NCBI GenBank assembly: GCA_030770535.1
Contig: JASVEC010000010.1
Coordinates: 1,116,001 to 1,180,000 of the forward strand
Length of the DNA stretch: 64,000 bases
Direction of reading: 5' to 3'
Origin: Batkoa obscura
Lineage: Eukaryota
A program made the translations under genes and the position numbers. Numbering within the stretch: position 1 is the stretch's first letter; each line of letters starts with the position of its first letter. The notes under the pieces are model-generated. The model searched no databases and was not told where the DNA came from. It saw only the letters and a program-made list of their open reading frames with translations. Positions 61,297 through 64,000 of this stretch are shown here, piece by piece.

Positions 61297-64000
61297 ATGA
61301 CTGAACTCAAATATGTTGGCGAAATTGATTATAGTCAGATCATTATAGAAAAAGAGTTAGGGGCTGGTGGTTTTGGATCTGTACATTTAGTGAAATACCG
61401 TGGTATGACATGTGCTATGAAACAATTAAAACTTACTCATTGCGATAACAGTAAAAAGAAAAAATTGGTATCTTCTTTAAAATTAGAAGCTGAAGCTTTG
61501 TCAAAACTAGGTCAATGTCCTTATATTATTCAATTTATTGGTACATGTATAGGTAGCGGCAACACTATGTGTATGTTAATGGAATACATAAATGGTAGAG
61601 ATTTGGCTAAATTTATTGAAAAAGACTGTGATATTTTTAATTGGGACTTGAGACAACGCGTAACTATTGAAATTGCATTAGGAATGAATTTTATTCATTC
61701 CAAGGGTATTATACATCGTGATATCAAATCAGACAATATTTTGATTGATTGTTCTGGGGAAATGTATCGAGCTAAAATTGCAGATTTTGGTATATGTCGT
61801 GTAGAAAAGGAGGACTTTGAAGCGGAAAAAACAATGACTTTTATGGGGGCTGGTTCTCCTTGCTGGATGGCACCAGAATTATTTAACAAAATTGGAGTTG
61901 AACCAACTAAAAAAACAGATATATATGCTTTAGGTGTAGTGATGTGGGAAATTTGCGCTTTAAAAAGACCTTTTCAAAACATGGATCATCATCAAATAGG
62001 AATAAATAAATTAAATGGAACAATTGAAGAAGTTCCCAGCTCTACACCCCAAAATTATAAAGAGCTAATGATGCGTTGCCAACACCCCGATCCAATAATT
62101 CGTCCATTTGCAGATGAAGTTGCTTATCTTATTAAAAGTTGGACTACAGCATATGATACACATATCCAGGATGTAGACGCATTGGATTTAGGAACTATAT
62201 TTGGTACCAAATTTTATGAAACCAGTTTAGCTTCAACAGTAATGGTAAGTAAATATGATCCAATTGATGAAGAGAAATTCGAGAGTTTATTAAATGAATA
62301 TGAGACTTATAAAAGAGAAAGCAGTAGGCAACAAGTAGTTAGTATGCTTAAAATGAGAATCGAGAGTGATAGTTTAGGCAAATTTTACATGGTTGTTGGC
62401 ACAATTTATTATGAAGGTGCAAGGCTATCTAGAAATTACAACAAAAGTTTATTTTATTATAAAAAATCAGCAGAATTAAAAAACTTAGAAGGTATTACAC
62501 GTTTGGGTATCATGTATAAGCATGGGTATGGAATTGAGCAACCTGACCTTGATGGTGCTTTTGAGTTGTTTACTATGGCTGCTAAAAATGGCTCTGCAGC
62601 TGCTCAATATTCTTTAGGAGAATGTTATTCTCTAGGGTTAGGGACATCTCAGGATATACCAAAGGCAGTTTATTACTTTAGACAATCTGCTGCTCAAGAG
62701 TTCCCTCAAGCATTGTATATGTTAGGTCATTACTATTACAATGGAGAAGTAGTTGAAACAAACTATAGTGAAGCTTTTAGACTATATAAAAAAGCCGGTG
62801 ATAAAGGTCACGGTGATGCTCAATTTTCATTAGGGATCATGTATAAGCATGGTATTGGGTTAGATACTAATGACGAAGAAGCTTTGCGTTGGTTTCGAAA
62901 AGCAGCAATCCAAGGTCATTCAAGAGCACAAAATAATACAGGATCCTGTTATTATTTTGGTATCGGAACTGCTAAAGATTTACTAGAAGCAGCAGGGTGG
63001 TATCGTAAATCAGCAATGCAAGGAAACCCTTCCGCACAATACAATTTAGCAGAATGTTATTCTAATGGTCATGGTGTAGAACAAAATCCTAAAGAAGCTT
63101 TCATATGGTTGAATAAGTCAGCAGAACAAGGTCATTCTGGAGCCCAATTGCAATTAGGAATGTGTTATTTTACTGGAGTAGCAATAGATAAAGATTATGA
63201 TAAAGCAATTAAATATTTCAAACTAGCAGCTGATCAAAATAATCCAGTGGCGCAGTCTTCTTTAGCTCAATGTTATTTAAGAGGCCAAGGAACTAATATT
63301 GATAATGAATTAGGATTTAACTATTCTAAATTAGCTTCTGAGGCTGGACAAGTGGAGGGTATGCATCAATTAGCTTGTTGTTATTTTAATGGTGTTGGTA
63401 CGATGAAAGATTTTGACAAAGCTTTCTATTGGTTTAAAGAAGCTCACGATAAAGGCCACAAGCTATCCGGCATGGCTTTAGCTACTTGTTATAAAGATGG
63501 ATTGGGGACTGCCCCTTCTGATGAGTTAAGTTTTAAATGTTACCTAGAGCTATCTGAATCTGGTGACTCTGATGCCCAATCTAATGTAGGTTCCTGTTAT
63601 CTTTTAGGGAAAGGGGTAGCCATGGATCTAGAGAAAGCCATTTATTATTTTAATTTAGCAGTCGAAAGAAATAACCCAAGTGGCTTAGTAAATTTAGCTC
63701 AATGCTACCAGAATGGTAATGGGGTGGAAAAGGATGAAGCTAAAGCAGTGGAATTATATACTAAAGCAGCGGATCAAGGTTCACTTATTTCAATGTTTAA
63801 TTTAGCAGTATCCTATGAAAGAGGTGATGGGTTATTTTATAAAGATATGCAAGGGGCAATGAGATATTATGAAATGGCAGCAAACAAAGGTTTTTTACCA
63901 GCTCAAGAAAGATTAACACAATTGAAACTAATCATGCAAAAAGTTCGAGGTAAAAATTCAAATTTATCCAAATCTCAAATGGAATCAACCCTTGGATCTA
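61297..64000 (+). CDS. Tyrosine-kinase-like (TKL) protein kinase with C-terminal Sel1-like repeats (runs off window)
   Basis: Absent from the ORF track, consistent with no stop before 64000. GAGGFG, AMK, HRDIKSDNIL, DFG, WMAPE, DIYALG, then roughly 14 Sel1 repeats (e.g. AQFSLGIMYKHGIG...EALRWFRKAAIQGH). Confidence 0.93.
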   Translation, partial: MTELKYVGEIDYSQIIIEKELGAGGFGSVHLVKYRGMTCAMKQLKLTHCDNSKKKKLVSSLKLEAEALSKLGQCPYIIQFIGTCIGSGNTMCMLMEYINGRDLAKFIEKDCDIFNWDLRQRVTIEIALGMNFIHSKGIIHRDIKSDNILIDCSGEMYRAKIADFGICRVEKEDFEAEKTMTFMGAGSPCWMAPELFNKIGVEPTKKTDIYALGVVMWEICALKRPFQNMDHHQIGINKLNGTIEEVPSSTPQNYKELMMRCQHPDPIIRPFADEVAYLIKSWTTAYDTHIQDVDALDLGTIFGTKFYETSLASTVMVSKYDPIDEEKFESLLNEYETYKRESSRQQVVSMLKMRIESDSLGKFYMVVGTIYYEGARLSRNYNKSLFYYKKSAELKNLEGITRLGIMYKHGYGIEQPDLDGAFELFTMAAKNGSAAAQYSLGECYSLGLGTSQDIPKAVYYFRQSAAQEFPQALYMLGHYYYNGEVVETNYSEAFRLYKKAGDKGHGDAQFSLGIMYKHGIGLDTNDEEALRWFRKAAIQGHSRAQNNTGSCYYFGIGTAKDLLEAAGWYRKSAMQGNPSAQYNLAECYSNGHGVEQNPKEAFIWLNKSAEQGHSGAQLQLGMCYFTGVAIDKDYDKAIKYFKLAADQNNPVAQSSLAQCYLRGQGTNIDNELGFNYSKLASEAGQVEGMHQLACCYFNGVGTMKDFDKAFYWFKEAHDKGHKLSGMALATCYKDGLGTAPSDELSFKCYLELSESGDSDAQSNVGSCYLLGKGVAMDLEKAIYYFNLAVERNNPSGLVNLAQCYQNGNGVEKDEAKAVELYTKAADQGSLISMFNLAVSYERGDGLFYKDMQGAMRYYEMAANKGFLPAQERLTQLKLIMQKVRGKNSNLSKSQMESTLGS

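Noticed and set aside
61695..61889. 64-aa minus-strand ORF
   Set aside because: Antisense to the kinase catalytic core.

Overview
Very AT-rich eukaryotic DNA with short GT-AG introns. Gene content suggests an early-diverging fungus (Zoopagomycota/Entomophthorales-like; this is inference only). The window has two compartments. (1) About 1-23.5 kb is a gene-dense core: SLA2/END4 (partial), a small putative mitochondrial protein, a DUF4436-like membrane protein, NatC MAK3, a CobW/COG0523 GTPase, a DFG10-like polyprenol reductase, a TM-anchored PIP kinase, a UPF0658-like membrane protein, a UGT, an LRR-RhoGEF-PH protein, a Pop3/Rpp38-like protein and a Rho GTPase. (2) About 25-64 kb is a gene-sparse accessory region. 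It holds 8 intact intronless secreted repeat-protein genes plus one pseudogene, in two families: Gly/Tyr-rich, and a C-x-x-KTVTKTV family. These are interleaved with identical tRNA-Ser(AGA) and tRNA-Glu(TTC) genes. It also contains a perfect 997-bp inverted duplication of one secreted gene, a class-A-like 7TM receptor, two convergent paralogous P450s, further pseudogenes, and a TKL-kinase/Sel1-repeat gene that runs off the end. A ~100-bp MITE with 4-bp AWWT target-site duplications occurs in 17 near-complete copies, 16 of them in the accessory part, and shows CpG decay. The top leads are the tRNA-interleaved secreted-protein cluster, the DUF4436-like protein carrying pentameric ligand-gated-channel hallmarks, the gene palindrome and the Sola-like MITE family. 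All alignments and family assignments were made by eye and from memory; no searches were run.
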